From Podarcis gaigeae (Eukaryota): a stretch of DNA of 64,000 nucleotides. Of the stretch, positions 11,981 through 24,629 are shown piece by piece. The position numbers and the translations under genes are program-made. The stretch is from the NCBI GenBank assembly GCA_964106915.2, contig OZ066914.1. One strand, 5' to 3'. The stretch's first letter is position 1, and every line of letters starts with the position of its first letter. The notes under the pieces were generated by a model. That model was not told where the DNA came from, did no database searches, and saw only the letters and a program-made list of their open reading frames with translations.

Positions 11981-14238
11981 ACTGAGCTAACGTACTCCCA
12001 GGTAAGTGCATGTAGGATTGCAGCCAAAATCTTTCAGGTTTCAAGAGATTTTATAAAAGCCAAAAATTAGTATCTGCTACAGCTCTCAACCTTTTTTACA
12101 CATTCATCCAACTGTTTGCTTTTAACTGATCAATTTATCTTAAACATGGTCTCTGCAGAACTTTATTGAAGATACCATTCTAACAACTCTGAATCCAAGC
12201 AGATATTATCTCGAGCAGTTTGTCTTCACACCCAAAGGCTCACTTCTCCATTGTCCCCCAAGGCAGAAAGATGCCAACCACAACAAAAATGAAATAATAT
12301 ATACAATAATGTAATAACAGTATCACTTGTTAAAATGTAGTATCCTCATTTTAAAATAAAAAGTTTGTTTAAGCAAAAACAAGAGGGTTATATGCCATAC
12401 ACCTTATGAAGTGGTCTCTTTGTCTTAATGAGTCTGTGAATCTTAATAGCGCCACAAAGCTCTTTGTCAGCATACATACTATTGTCATGAATTATGGCTG
12501 AAACACAGCATTTTAAAACATGGGGCAGGCAATGCAAAAGAGGGCAGGACACCTGCATCCTTAACTGTTGTACATAAAAGGGAATTTCAGCAGGTGTGTT
12601 CCTTGCTGCCCTACCAAAATAGTGCTGTATAATTCCCTAGAAATTCCCCTTACTTTTACTTTTAATTATGCATTCCTATGCATAATGACAGTGAAGCGCT
12701 TTTAGTTACATTAGTTATAATTTAATTTGGGGGCAAGGAATTTTGTCATCATCTTGTCATCATCAAAGAGAAAATTCATGGGAAACTGTGTTTGATTTTT
12801 AAATATTGTTATTTATAAAGCAACTTTGTATCATATTCTGTGTTATGATGTGATAAATGTGACTGTAACCTATAAAGGAGCTCCTTCTTCAACAGTTGTA
12901 GCCAAATAGCAGGCTTCTGTCGGCTAAGCACCTGCTATTTTATGTAAAGGTTATGTTTTATCTATGGTCTTTGCTATGTTTTATGTATTTTAATATATTT
13001 TTATTATTGCATTTTTAATATTTTTATTACATAGAAATTCTATATCTCTATATAAAATTAAATGAAATTAATCTTCTTGGTGTACAGGACGTTGTGCTGA
13101 CCATTTACACATTTACCGGTAGGTAAACCTAACTATGTTTTTGATAGATTACGGCTACTGATACATTTAAATAGTTTGAGGGGGTTTTTTTGTAACAACA
13201 ATTGTGATTCCATTCTGGCTGAACAATAAACTAGGTTCTAGGCTAGATGAATGAGTGATCTGACCTGGCTAATATTCAAGTACAAATTTTGTTTGTTTTT
13301 TTTAAATATACGAATGAGGTACATAAGGAATATGATTATGGCAGATAAATTATGTAGCCTGAGGCAACATTTGAGATGAAGGGTGTTCTAGATATTCTGC
13401 AAACAAATAAATAAGCACATCACCATTATGACAATATTAGTTTCATTTATCATGTCTTCACTAGAACTTCATAGTATTCCTCCACACACACCTTTCAGTG
13501 ACTTATTTCAAAAGTTGCTTTTTGTTCTTCCTTAAGTTTTGATTTGTAGTTGTAAAAAGTAGAGAAGGGCAAAGGTTTATGTTTGTTTGTGGAAGTTTCG
13601 CAATCTGCAAACACTTTAAACATTATCTTTTTTTCCATTACAGCTGTTCATGCTTCCTTTTGTGTTAACATAATAAACTGGGCACTGGGCAATTCATACC
13701 TCAATTCAACCAGAGAGAAAACCGAGTGAACTGAAAGCCGTAGCCAATATGAAGAGAGTGAAGTGAACTTTTATCGACACAATCTAGCTAGCAATGGAGC
13801 AGCAGATGTGGCAGAAAAGTATGATACCATCAAAGACAGAAACTGAAAACAAGGGGACATGAGGAAGACACATCTCCTCATTCAAAGTTTTCCATACCAT
13901 CCCGGGTAAACCTTTCCTGCTCTTAAAAATTGTATCCATAGACTTAGAGGTGCTCCATAGTTACATTATACTGTGATGCTCCTGTAATAGAGGAACTGAT
14001 TGCTTAAGCCACAAAAGTGCTAACACCAATCTAGCCTCTGCTCTGATCCCAGCAAGACTACTGCCAGAGTGATCCCACTGTCATCATTATGGATTTACAT
14101 GCTGGGAAGCTATACCTTAACTAAGAATGAGTCAGCATAATGAATCAGAAGAGAAGGAGGAGGAAGAGTCCTGAACTTTCAGCAGCCACTGTCTGTACAG
14201 TCAACTATAGCATAGTTATCATGAAAATGACGCTATAT

Positions 14239-14375
14239 CAGGCATAGGCAAACTCTGACCCTCCAGATGTTTGGGACTACAATTCCCATCATCCCTAGCT
14301 AACAGGACCAGTGGTCAGGGATGGTGGGAATTGTAGTCCCAAACATCTGGAGGGTCAGAGGTTTGCCTATGCCTG
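14239..14375. mobile_element. Palindromic hAT-type MITE
   Basis: Near-perfect ~55-bp arms CAGGCATAGGCAAAC...GTTTGCCTATGCCTG. 8-bp TSD C(G/C)CTATAT. Diverged relatives at ~4464-4590, ~9800-9940 and ~44298-44420. Confidence 0.85.
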
Positions 14376-15306
14376 CCCTATATGATCCATATGTCCCAGT
14401 CAGTTTTCAGACCCAGATATGTAATAGGGACAAGAAGCACTAGTCCACATTTGTTGTTGGCATCCATCTGACTCAGGAGACAATGATGGAGTGTGCCTTC
14501 AGGGATGAAGCCAAACCATTGGAGAATTACAATGCCTGCTGTGGCTATAGAGACAAATATGGCTGAGACATGTTTTGTTGCAGCTGGGGCAGATGATGAC
14601 GTCTGATTATGCTGGTGCAGTATGGCATTTCTTTTCTTTCTGTGCTCCTCTCAGCTGTCATTCTTCCTCTGGTCACTGGGGTACACATTATGAAATTGCT
14701 ATAAGGGTATTTAACATACTGTATTAAAAGCGGGGTTTGGGTGGGTAAGAAACATCAAAAGTCCACTTAGGTCCATAGCAAACCTTTTCTGTATGTCCCA
14801 TGTGCATGCCACAGGGGATGGGTACAGGTGTTTGTTAGGATAGTTATTCATTATGCATGGGTTATGAAACTGTAGTAATTAGCTTTTTAAAAAAACTTCA
14901 GAAAAGATCTTTATCATACTAAATATCAGTAATAATAGAAACTGACCTGTGGTTCAGCAGCAACAGTCTTTAAGCAAAAAAAGAAAATCTGGAAGCTCTT
15001 TCCTTCCTTCCTTTTGTCCTTTTTTCTTTTTAAAACTATCTGTACTGCCATCCAACACAGCTCTCCTACTAACCACATACACCAAAAGTATAATACCCAT
15101 TCCTATTAGCAATACCTTTGATCTTCCTGCATTGAAGGTGATTGGTGTTCCTTCCAGTTATGATTCTCAGCTCATTAACATTATGATAATGCCTATCTAT
15201 GAAAAGTTATTTAGTTAACAGTTTTAAAATTGATAGATTGCATTGTGGCTCTCCTGCTTTGATATGTCTTGCTAAAGCATGAGAATTGTGTACATTGCTA
15301 TTTGTA

Positions 15307-15386
15307 CAGGGTGAGTCCTTTAAAAGGGGTCCCATGGATACAGAGTACACATGTTCCATGGGGCCTCTTTTAAAAGACTCACCCTG
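15307..15386. mobile_element. 80-bp palindromic mariner-type MITE
   Basis: TA|CAGGGTGAGTCCTTTAAAAG...CTTTTAAAAGACTCACCCTG|TA. Confidence 0.8.
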
Positions 15387-15411
15387 TAGTATTAAGCATG
15401 TTCTACCCAGT

Positions 15412-15739
15412 GGGACGCAGGTGGCGCTGTGGTCTAAACCACTGAGCTTCTTGGGCTTGCTGATCAGAAGGTCAGCGCTTCGAATCCCCGTAATGGAGTG
15501 AGCTCCTGTTGCTCGGTCCCAGCTCCTGCCGACCGGTAAATGGCATTTCCGTGTGCTGTTCTGGTGTCAGTGCTCTGTTGCGCCAGAAGCGGCTTAGTCA
15601 TGCTGGCCACATGACCTGGAAAAACTGTTTGCAGAGCGGACAAACGCCAGCTCCCTCGGCCTGTAATGCAAGATGAGTGCCGCAACCCCAGAGTCATCTG
15701 CAACTGGACTTAACTGTCAGGGGTCCCTTACCTTTTTTT
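15412..15739 (+). mobile_element. Sauria SINE with an internal ~60-bp deletion
   Basis: Starts GGGACGCAGGTGGCGCTGTGG. The junction at 15534/15535 lacks the TAGCAGTTCGAAAGCAC...GGAA segment present in the 16908 copy. Confidence 0.85.
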
Positions 15740-16682
15740 ATCCATTAAAAGTTTGTATTTTTCCTACCCAGTTCAGCAAGAGAGTGCTGTTTTTCTAGAT
15801 AATACAAAAGTCATTCAGCAGGGGTGTCACACAAAAATCTCATTAAACACACAAAGATCTAGCTTCTGGATTGTAGGAGCCACAACAAAATATAGTTCCT
15901 GGTATTAGCAGTAGGATAAAGATAGAGAAAATGCTTAACTGTTTCCTATTTCAGAGAGGAAATGGCTACAGTCATATAGAATCTAGAAGATATGGCTAAA
16001 AAGAACAACACAACACATCAAAATAGGTAAGATTTATTGTGAGGATATTACTATAAAGCATCCATATCTAAGTCAATCCTGGTTACAATGAACCAAGGAC
16101 ACAAGACTATCCCTTAAAATTCTAACTAACCTGTTTGGAATTAAACCAAACCAGGCAAATAATTCTCTATTATGCGACAGAATGATTTAATGATATGTTG
16201 GCATCAACCTTGTAATCAGCCACTGAATTATTTTTGACCCAATTAGACAAGACATACTCAGTGCACTCTTGCATGATCTTATTTCCTGAATGCAACATAT
16301 AAAAATAGGTCAAGGGTTACTGCAAGCCTTTGGGGGTTTTTTAGTATCACCATTACAACACACTCATTTTACATGCATACATTTGTAAGCTCTTACTTTA
16401 CAACAGAATCTTTCCACCGCTGTATTTTTGCAGATGTTTGTCCTGGTCAAATAAGATTATAAGAATGCTGTATTCAGCTCAGCATCCAACATAACCAGAG
16501 CTGAACAGGACTAGCAGCCTCTGAAATCTACTCTGTCCTTAATAGAAGGAATATAAGGCCCCATGGATATAATTTTAGAGACTTAGCTCTAAAGCCCACA
16601 ACTCATTGGGATGCCTGGAAGAAAGCCCCATATCACAGCCTCGGTTCTCCATCAGTGACTTACCTCACAGGGTTGTTATGAG

Positions 16683-16855
16683 CAGTGCTTTTTTCCTTAA
16701 AAAAAATTAGGGGTACTCTCATTTTGACTCAAGAAAATCACCATTTTATAGTTCAAATCAGGAAAAATAAATACAGTAAATGAACAAAAGTACAAGGATT
16801 CACAAAATGTTTAGGGGTATGCATACCCCTGCATCCCCCCTGAAAAAAAGCACTG
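16683..16855. mobile_element. hAT-type MITE (CAGTGCTTTTTT TIR)
   Basis: TIRs plus perfect 8-bp TSD GTTATGAG. Inverted relative of the 4849 copy. Confidence 0.85.
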
Positions 16856-16907
16856 GTTATGAGGATAAATGAGATTGACTCAGATTTACACCAGGCTATG
16901 AATCTAA

Positions 16908-17296
16908 GGGACACAGGCGGCGCTGTGGTCTAAACCATTGAGCCCTGCGCATGCCGATCAAAAGGTCAGTGATTCGAATTCCTGCAATGGGGTGAGCTCC
17001 CGTTGCTCGGTCCCAGCTCCTGCCAACCTAGCAGTTCGAAAGCACGCCCAAAAGTACAAGTAGATTAATAGGTACCGCTCCGGCAGGAAGGTAAACGGCG
17101 TTTCCATGTGCTGCTCTGGTGTCAGTGTTCCATTGCGCCAGAAGCGGCTTAGTCATGCTAGCCACATGACCTGGAAAAACTGTTTGCGGAGTGGACAAAC
17201 GCCGGCTCCCTCGGCCTGTAAAGCGAGATGACCACCACAACCTCAGAGTCGTTCGTGACTGGACTTAACTGTCAGGGGTCCTTTTACCTTTACCTT
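16908..17296 (+). mobile_element. Sauria SINE, full length
   Basis: Typical head and ACCTTT tail. 11-bp TSD TATGAATCTAA at 16897-16907 / 17297-17307. Confidence 0.9.
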
Positions 17297-19431
17297 TATG
17301 AATCTAAACAAACAAGTGGAGTAAACAGCATAAGGCATAGATAAACCAGAACTAGCATTATGCTGATAAATTAACCTGCATTTTTTTTCAAAAATTTTCC
17401 AGCAATACTTAATTATTAGAGGAGAGAGAGCCTTTTGGTGAAATTTTCATGTTTGGGAGCAGGGTGGCTGAGGAGTGTTTACAAGTGTATAATTTCTCCA
17501 TTGGTCTGCAGTCTGAAAACCCCATAATGTCCCCATTGAGGCTTTCTTGTAAGCACAGGGAAGTTGAGAGGCTGCCGATTGTGTGCTTGGCAACTGTTCA
17601 TCTTTTTTTAAAGTGTTTTTTCCTTTTAAAGAAATCAGTGCAGAAAGATTTCTTTTTAAGCTAAAAAGGAGGACTTCCCTTAAGCAGAAGCAGGTGTGCC
17701 AGTCTCAGGGGCTCAAAAGACAGACTGCTAGACTTCCTGTGATTCAATGCTCAGGTAAACACATTGTCATGTATCTCATGGAAATGTCATGGAGAGGATA
17801 GCTGGACCTTGAGGAGGAATGAGAGGAGCTCAGGGAGCTGCCCTTGGACAACCTTTTTGCCTGCCCAGTCCCAGGACTCTGACTGTGCCCTCCTCACTCT
17901 TCAAAAGGAAGAGGCTGGGTGGAATGCTGCTTGTTGGATCAACACATTAGCTTGCACTTAGCCATGCATCTATACCTCTTCTGCACCTCCTGCACCTTGT
18001 AACCTGTGCATTACATATGTACCAATCTCATCCACACATTAAAGCACTGGGCAGAAACCATGCTGAGAGTCTGAGTACTTTAGTCCAGCAGTGAGGGCCA
18101 GGATAGACATCATAAAAGACTGGGCTTCTTCAGATCAGGGAGCTGGCAGCACTGGAGAAATGCTTAATGCACATCACCAGCAGCGCCCTTGCAACAGTTA
18201 GGTAAGGTTGACCCCACACTCAACAACATTCTAAAGAAATTCTAAAGCACACTGCAAATGAGGCCAAAAAAACCCTCCAACCCATGAAAACTTCTTTTAC
18301 AGGGAAACAATAATCTCAAGAAACTGGAGGACAGGTTTTACACAACACTAGCTAGGACTGTTGCATTGCTTATTGTTTTGAGTTACTCACTCATATGGCT
18401 GCTCATGCACCATATGAAGGGCAATTAAACAGCTGGTGCCTTTAAAGCCAGGCTTATATGCAACAACATTTTTTATGTGGGACTATGTCTCCCCTCATTA
18501 AAATAAATTGGGGCGGGGATGTTGTTTCCAGGAAGTAGATGGTAACTTGGACATAGGTCCCAATTATTTCAACATAACTTCTTTCTACATAATGGGTACA
18601 ACCCGAAGAAATGCAAGAGTACATAAGTTGTACTGAAACCAGTGGAGCTAAATTACAGTTAAGTTTCCTTCAATAATTAGTACTGGATAGTGAACCATAA
18701 GAATGATAAGGAATGTAAGCTATGCACACTTCATGGGTCTCAGAATTTTTTTATCTATGTCCCTTTATTAGTGTTTCTTAACAAATATTTTTGATGCAGT
18801 TTTAGCAAGCTTGACAAAAATAAACAAAGCTTTGTTGAGCTGAAATGCTTCACATGCATTATCTCAAGAATCCTTAAAACTGCCATGTGAGGTAGGCCAA
18901 TAATATTGTTACCATGCAGGTGGGGATGTGGTGACTGAGCCTGAGAGAACAGTGGCTTTCCTAAGGCCACCTAATGAGTCCATAGCTGAGGCAATATTTG
19001 AACCAGGGCTTCACAGCTCCCATTTGATTTATTTATTTATTTTATGAATCACAAATGGCACTGAAGAAGGGATCTTTATATCTCACACACACTCCGGGCT
19101 GCTTCTGTTGCCTAAATCAACCCTCCCCCAAAAGCTAAAGTGTTGTAACCAATGTTTCACCAGCAGGGTTTCACCAGTGCAACAGGACTTCCATTTCGTC
19201 TCTCCCCCTGCAGGCCTCCTGTTCTGTTCCACCAGGTCCTCCTACCTTGCAGAGCTGCTTTTTGGGTGTGGAGGGGACTGGATGGGACAGAAAAGGAAGA
19301 GGAAGACCTAAGACTCACATGAACTGGATATAGCAGAATGGGGAACTAATAGCCTCAGAAAGGATGGGCTAGATGAAGGAAACCCAGTGCCACTGTTCAA
19401 ATAATATTTAAAGCACCCTACATTGATTTCA

Positions 19432-19458
19432 TGTGTGTGAGTGTGAGTGTGAGTGTGA

Positions 19459-19506
<48 letters not shown>
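19432..19506. repeat. Compound microsatellite (TGTGAG)n(TG)n(AG)n
   Basis: Read directly from the sequence. Confidence 0.95.
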
Positions 19507-19510
<4 letters not shown>

Positions 19511-20980
19511 GATCTGATTACTAATCTGATGTGTAACTTGTGGTTTGGTCCTTAAATTACAATGTCGCACCTAACTTTCATAAATGAAACAACTCTTTAG
19601 GTCTGTAGATGTAACAAAAGGTTAAAGTTATCTGTCATTTAATAATATGAGACATGTTTGTAAACAATGCTTAAAGCGGCACAAATAAGCAAACCTATAA
19701 AACTTCTGCTTAGCCTGCTACTGATTTTAAATTTACTTTAGCTGGTCATTCGCACAGCTATGGACTCAAAAAAAGGTAAAATGGGGACGTGGGTGTCACT
19801 GTGGTCTAAACCACTGACCTCAAGCACAATCTCAACGGCATTTTTCTTCATGTCCTACAGACCAGCCAAACTGCACTATTACAGATAAACAAAAGCCATA
19901 TTGTTTATACACAGACACACAAAAAACAGAGAAAGAATAAATATACATTTCCATGCACAACTTTACTTTATAATATTTATGTTCCCATTAGCAAAAATTC
20001 AATCAGACTCTTTAAACAGTTGAAGGAGGTTTTGTTCTTTTGCCAGGGAGGAACTTGCTCACAGTGAGGTTAGGTGTTTATCAAGAACACTTTTGGAGTT
20101 TCATGTGGGCTTCTGATGAGTATTTCAGTAAATCTAGCTCCTGGAGCTGTCTGGAGCCATGTGGGTCTCGCACTGATTCATCAAAAGCATGCAAAAGAGA
20201 TGAGAGGAGTGGGGTCATAGCTCAGTAGTACAGCATATGCTTTGTAAGCAGAAGCCAAAGTCCAATGCCTAACATCCCTAGTTAAAGGGATTAGGTAGCA
20301 GGTGATATGAAAGACCCTGGATAGCCACTACCAGCCAGTGCAGGCAATACTGGCATTGCAGGGCATTGGACTAGATGACCCTTGGGATACCTGAAATAGT
20401 CTGACCTGGTATGCAGCTGCTTCCCATGTGCTCAGCATCAGTGATGGTGAAAAAGGGGACCTGATTTAACACATTACTTTTGGTCTTCCTGTTTTTGCTT
20501 CCAAAACATCCAGCTATGAACCTACAATGCAAGAAGCTCCAGTTTGGACAATTCCACCACTTGGAACATCCCAGTAAATGCATTTAGAACAAGTGGGACC
20601 TGAAACAAAATGTTGCAGCACTGAATACTCTTTGCACAAGTTGCCAAGCAGCCAGCCACACCCTTTGTTAAGATATGCCATTCCATTTCCACTCCCCTAC
20701 CCAATCCCAGTTTCCCACATTTTGTGGGAACACCGAGAAAACTCCATGCTCATTTGGCTGTTTTGAAGTTTTCCCTGAGTTAACTTTCAGAATAAAGGCT
20801 GTTGTACATTAAAGCCACTATCTGGAGATAAATTGCTCCTCCAAGCTTTTTGACTATGATATTGTAAGCCCTACATGGAAAGACAGCTCCAGCAGATTGA
20901 GCAGATGAGACCACTAGTGGGTCCAATGATCAAGAAGACAGTTTCAGCATGTGCTGTAGAGGGAAATGAGGAGCAGGTGG

Positions 20981-21392
20981 CAGCGGTGGAGGAAGCCTCT
21001 CTGGCACCTGGGGCGAAGCACCCACAGGGGTGGAGCGAACTTCCCCCAGGGGTGGAGGCAGGGCACGCGGTGCCCATAGGGATGGGACAGGGTGCCCTGT
21101 GCCCTTAGGGAGGGACGCCCTTAGGGAGGGACAGGACGGGGTGCATGGGGCCCATAGGGATGGGGCAGGGGGCGCAGCACCCCTAGGGGCAGGGCGCACC
21201 ATGGGGCCTCAGCCACCCTACAGCTGGGGGGGAGGCAGCAGGCGGACAGAGTGGAACCTGCTGGTGCCCAAGACGTGTGGCTTGGGCATGCTGCAGGCCC
21301 AGCAGTGAATGCTGCCCACCATTTTGCCACCCACCTCAGTGGGGGCACCCGGGGCGGACCGCACCTACTGCACCCCCCTTGCTACGCCCCTG
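20981..21392. mobile_element. GC-rich hAT-type element with internal GCCC(A/T)TAGGGA subrepeats
   Basis: CAG...CTG ends with perfect 8-bp TSD GCAGGTGG at 20973-20980 / 21393-21400. Confidence 0.75.
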
Positions 21393-21790
21393 GCAGGTGG
21401 GGCTCATCAACCTGGGACGGTAGCCCATCTAGGAGAAGAAAAACTGATCCTAAACCTCTGCTGCCTTTCAGGGTATCTTTGGCAGAAAAAGGGCTTAGGA
21501 ATAAACCCTACACAATTCCAGAGTGGAGTCCCTATGATGGTTGGATGGCACCTTGTATGCCTCCTTCCAGCAACTCCTGCAAGCAAGCTGGTGCCAAACG
21601 TATTGTTCTGCTTTCCTTTGGACCACATCAATGAAGCCGGGGGGGGGGGTGTCTTGTCATCTGGGCAACCCAGGACCTTTGTACATACTGCTCAGGCTCG
21701 TACCCTGAGGAGGTACCCTGAGCAGTTTGACTTCATCCCCAGCTCGGAGGCACACTCCATTGTCTCTCGAGACAGACGGATTCCAACTAA
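21393..21790 (+). mobile_element. Non-LTR-derived element with a Vingi-like 3' end (family uncertain)
   Basis: Ends CCATTGTCTCTCGAGACAGACGGATTCCAAC. Related tails at ~14450-14620 (minus strand) and ~12225-12285. Confidence 0.45.
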
Positions 21791-22505
21791 AGTTCCCAAT
21801 CTCCCCCCATCCTCATGACGAATTAAAAATTGATGAAAGTCTTGATGGACCACTTAATTATTTTTCTGCCGGATTTAGCAATTTCAACGCACTGTTTTAG
21901 ATTCTGTATGATTTTAACTGTCTTTTTACAGACATGCCGATGACTACCTGAATGAAGCTTGTGGACCACTGGAGGTCTACGGACCATGGTTTAGGAACCT
22001 CTGCTGTAAATCTTTCTTATTTCCAGTCATGTGCAGTGGTATGGAGGGAAAAAAGCACCAGAGTCATATGGTGAGCCATTAGAAATTTAACACAACTTTT
22101 AAATGGCAGCTAGGATATTTGGATTCTACCCCCCCCCCCCAAAAAAAAGCCTTAAGGTAAGAGTACCTTAGGTTAAGAAATTCCACTCATTACTTTCTTA
22201 AAAATACATTCTGCTCATTTTTTCATTTCCAATAATGCATCTTGAAAAGTAGCTCTGATTAGACAAGCACGACTAATCTATATTTTGAAGCCATTAAGTA
22301 CAGTATATTGTATTGATTGGTATTTTTGGTGGCTTTTTAATTTTGCAAGCCATGATTCAGAAAAGTGAGTGTTATTTTAAGCACACCAACATCAGGCAAT
22401 AAGTCATTTGCATCAACTCCAAGAGGAATGTCAAAGGCAGCTAATGCCATGTTGTGTTACAGTATGCCTTCATATTTTTGGCTCAATTTGGCTATAATTT
22501 GGGTA

Positions 22506-22733
22506 CAGTGGTACCTCGGCTTAAGTACTTAATTCGTTCCGGAGGTCCGTTCTTAACCTGAAACTGTTCTTAACCTGAAGCACCACTTTAGCTAATGGGG
22601 CCTCCTGCTGCCGCCGCGCCGCTGGAACACAATTTTTGTTCTTATCCTGAAGCAAAGTTCTTAACCTGAAGCACTATTTCTGGGTTAGCAGAGTCTGTAA
22701 CCTGAAGCGTATGTAACCCGAGGTATTTCACTG
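22506..22733. mobile_element. Tc1/mariner-type MITE (CAGTGGTACCTC TIR family)
   Basis: TA|CAGTGGTACCTCGG start with internal TAACCTGAAG subrepeats. Five copies in the window. Confidence 0.8.
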
Positions 22734-23018
22734 CCTATGAAACTAAATGTGCTCAACACTTTCACTCCTAGCAAATCATAAGACAACCTGTAAGCAACAA
22801 AAATTTGGAAACCTGCAATGTAGGAGGAGATTTGGAGTGGATAAATGGTGAGTAAGGAAAGTGTTAATCACGCCACTCCAAATCTCCCTCCTATTTTGCA
22901 GGTTTCCAAACTTCTTTTTGCCTTTCCAAATGTGCATTTTGGAAGCTCAAGGGGAGATAAGTCATGGGGAGAGGTACAATCTAGAGTAGAAGAATGGCCA
23001 GTGCAGAAAGGTTTCAAC

Positions 23019-23146
23019 CTAGCTCAATTGGCAGAGCAGGAGACTTAATCTCAGTCATGCTGGGCAAAAAGATTCCTGCATTGTGACAGCTTGGACTAAA
23101 TGACCCTTGTGGTCCCTTTCAACTCTACAACTCTATGATGATTCTA
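23019..23146 (+). mobile_element. Short tRNA-derived SINE with CR1-like tail (Squam2-like)
   Basis: TAGCTCAATTGGCAGAGCAGGAGACTTAATCTCA head and AACTCTACAACTCTATGATGATTCTA tail. Confidence 0.6.
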
Positions 23147-24119
23147 ACAAACTTCCCTGGCTGCTTCTCCACTCTAAAAAGCTCCCTTCCCAAAGCTGCT
23201 TTTCCCTGGGGGGAAAGCTGCTTTTCCCAAGGAGGGGGGTTCACACATTTGTCACTGTTTCATTTCACAAACGTTTGTATTTGTGTGCGTGCACACACAC
23301 AATGTGTTGTCAGAGTTCTGAATAATGAATCGAATTGTGCTGACAGATGGCTAGTTTAAATAATTATCTCATGAACAACATTTTATGAACTCTGGTACTT
23401 GTAACCAGCGTAAGAAGTTCTCAGCATACAATGCCTTGTTTTGCTCAATGCATTAGGAATGAATGGAACACACGGAGAGAAGTTAAAGCACAGCTCATCA
23501 ACTAGAGAGTGTATCTGCATGGACCTTTAGCACAGAGAAGCCACATTGGCGCACCCCACCATGCAGAACAGGTACCTAGCCAGAGTAAAGGATATTTCCA
23601 ATTGCCATCTTCTGGAGCTGTCTCTCTCCCCCCACCCCACCCCCGGCAACCTAGCATCTATTGACATTAATCCTGGAAATAACTTAGCTGCACACGCACC
23701 TGTAAGGGAGTACCTTATGTGCTTAAAGGAAAGGATTTATCTGTAGCAAACGTTATGCATGAATCTAGGCAATTAAATGTTACAGGCAGACAGCGCCTAC
23801 AATTAGGCTGCAATGCTCAGAATACTTTCCTGGCAGCAAACTTCATGGAACACAATGCAACTTACTTCCAATAAAGTATGCCAAGGCTTGGTCTGTTAAA
23901 TATCTGATGAGACACTGTGAGAGTTTTCCTAAGAGCTGCTAAAGCGTAAGGTATATAGGAAATAAAAACATGTGCTCTTTGATGAGGCCATATTGTGGGG
24001 GCTGGGTTATTGGTTTTGTTTGTTACTACAGTATGTTATGCATTTTGTGTTTTTAGATAGTAAGTAGTCCTGCGATCATCAGGTGGAGGGTGGTATAGAT
24101 ATTAACCAAATAAATAATC

Positions 24120-24595
24120 CAGCTCTGCATCCTGTTCTCACAATGGCCAACTGGAGGCTTGTGGGAAACCTGCAAGCGGGATCTGAGCACAAGAGCACTC
24201 TTGCCCTCCTGTGGTGTCCAGCAAATGGTATTCAAAAGCATTGCTGCCTCCAACTATGAGGGCAGAGCATAGCCATCACAGCTAGTCACCATCGACAGCC
24301 CTCAGCCCTCTCCTCCGTTGTCCGATGCTCTTTTAAAGCCATCCAAGTCTGTGGCAATCACTGTGTCCTGTGGGAGGGAGTTCCACAGTTTAACTAATGC
24401 ACTGTGTGAAAAAGTTTCTTTTATTTGCCCTGGATCTTCCTACATTCATCGGATTGTCCGAAACTTCTGGTGTGAGAAAAGCCTTTCTCTACTCACTTTC
24501 TCCACGCAAGGCATAATTTTATAAACTTCTCTCAAGCCACCTCTTATTCCCCTAAGCTCAAAACTCCCAAACGCTGCAAGCTTTCCCCCCCTCTA
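24120..24595 (-). mobile_element. Old CR1 LINE 3' fragment
   Basis: Reverse complement resembles the CR1 RT C-terminus and 3'UTR. Homologous to 57780-57970. Confidence 0.6.
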
Positions 24596-24629
24596 TGGTC
24601 CAGGAGGAAGGCTGGCTGGCGGGCAAACG

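Noticed and set aside
11565-12044. 159-aa ORF (and 42393-42668) as host genes
   Set aside because: These are BovB reverse-transcriptase C-terminal fragments.
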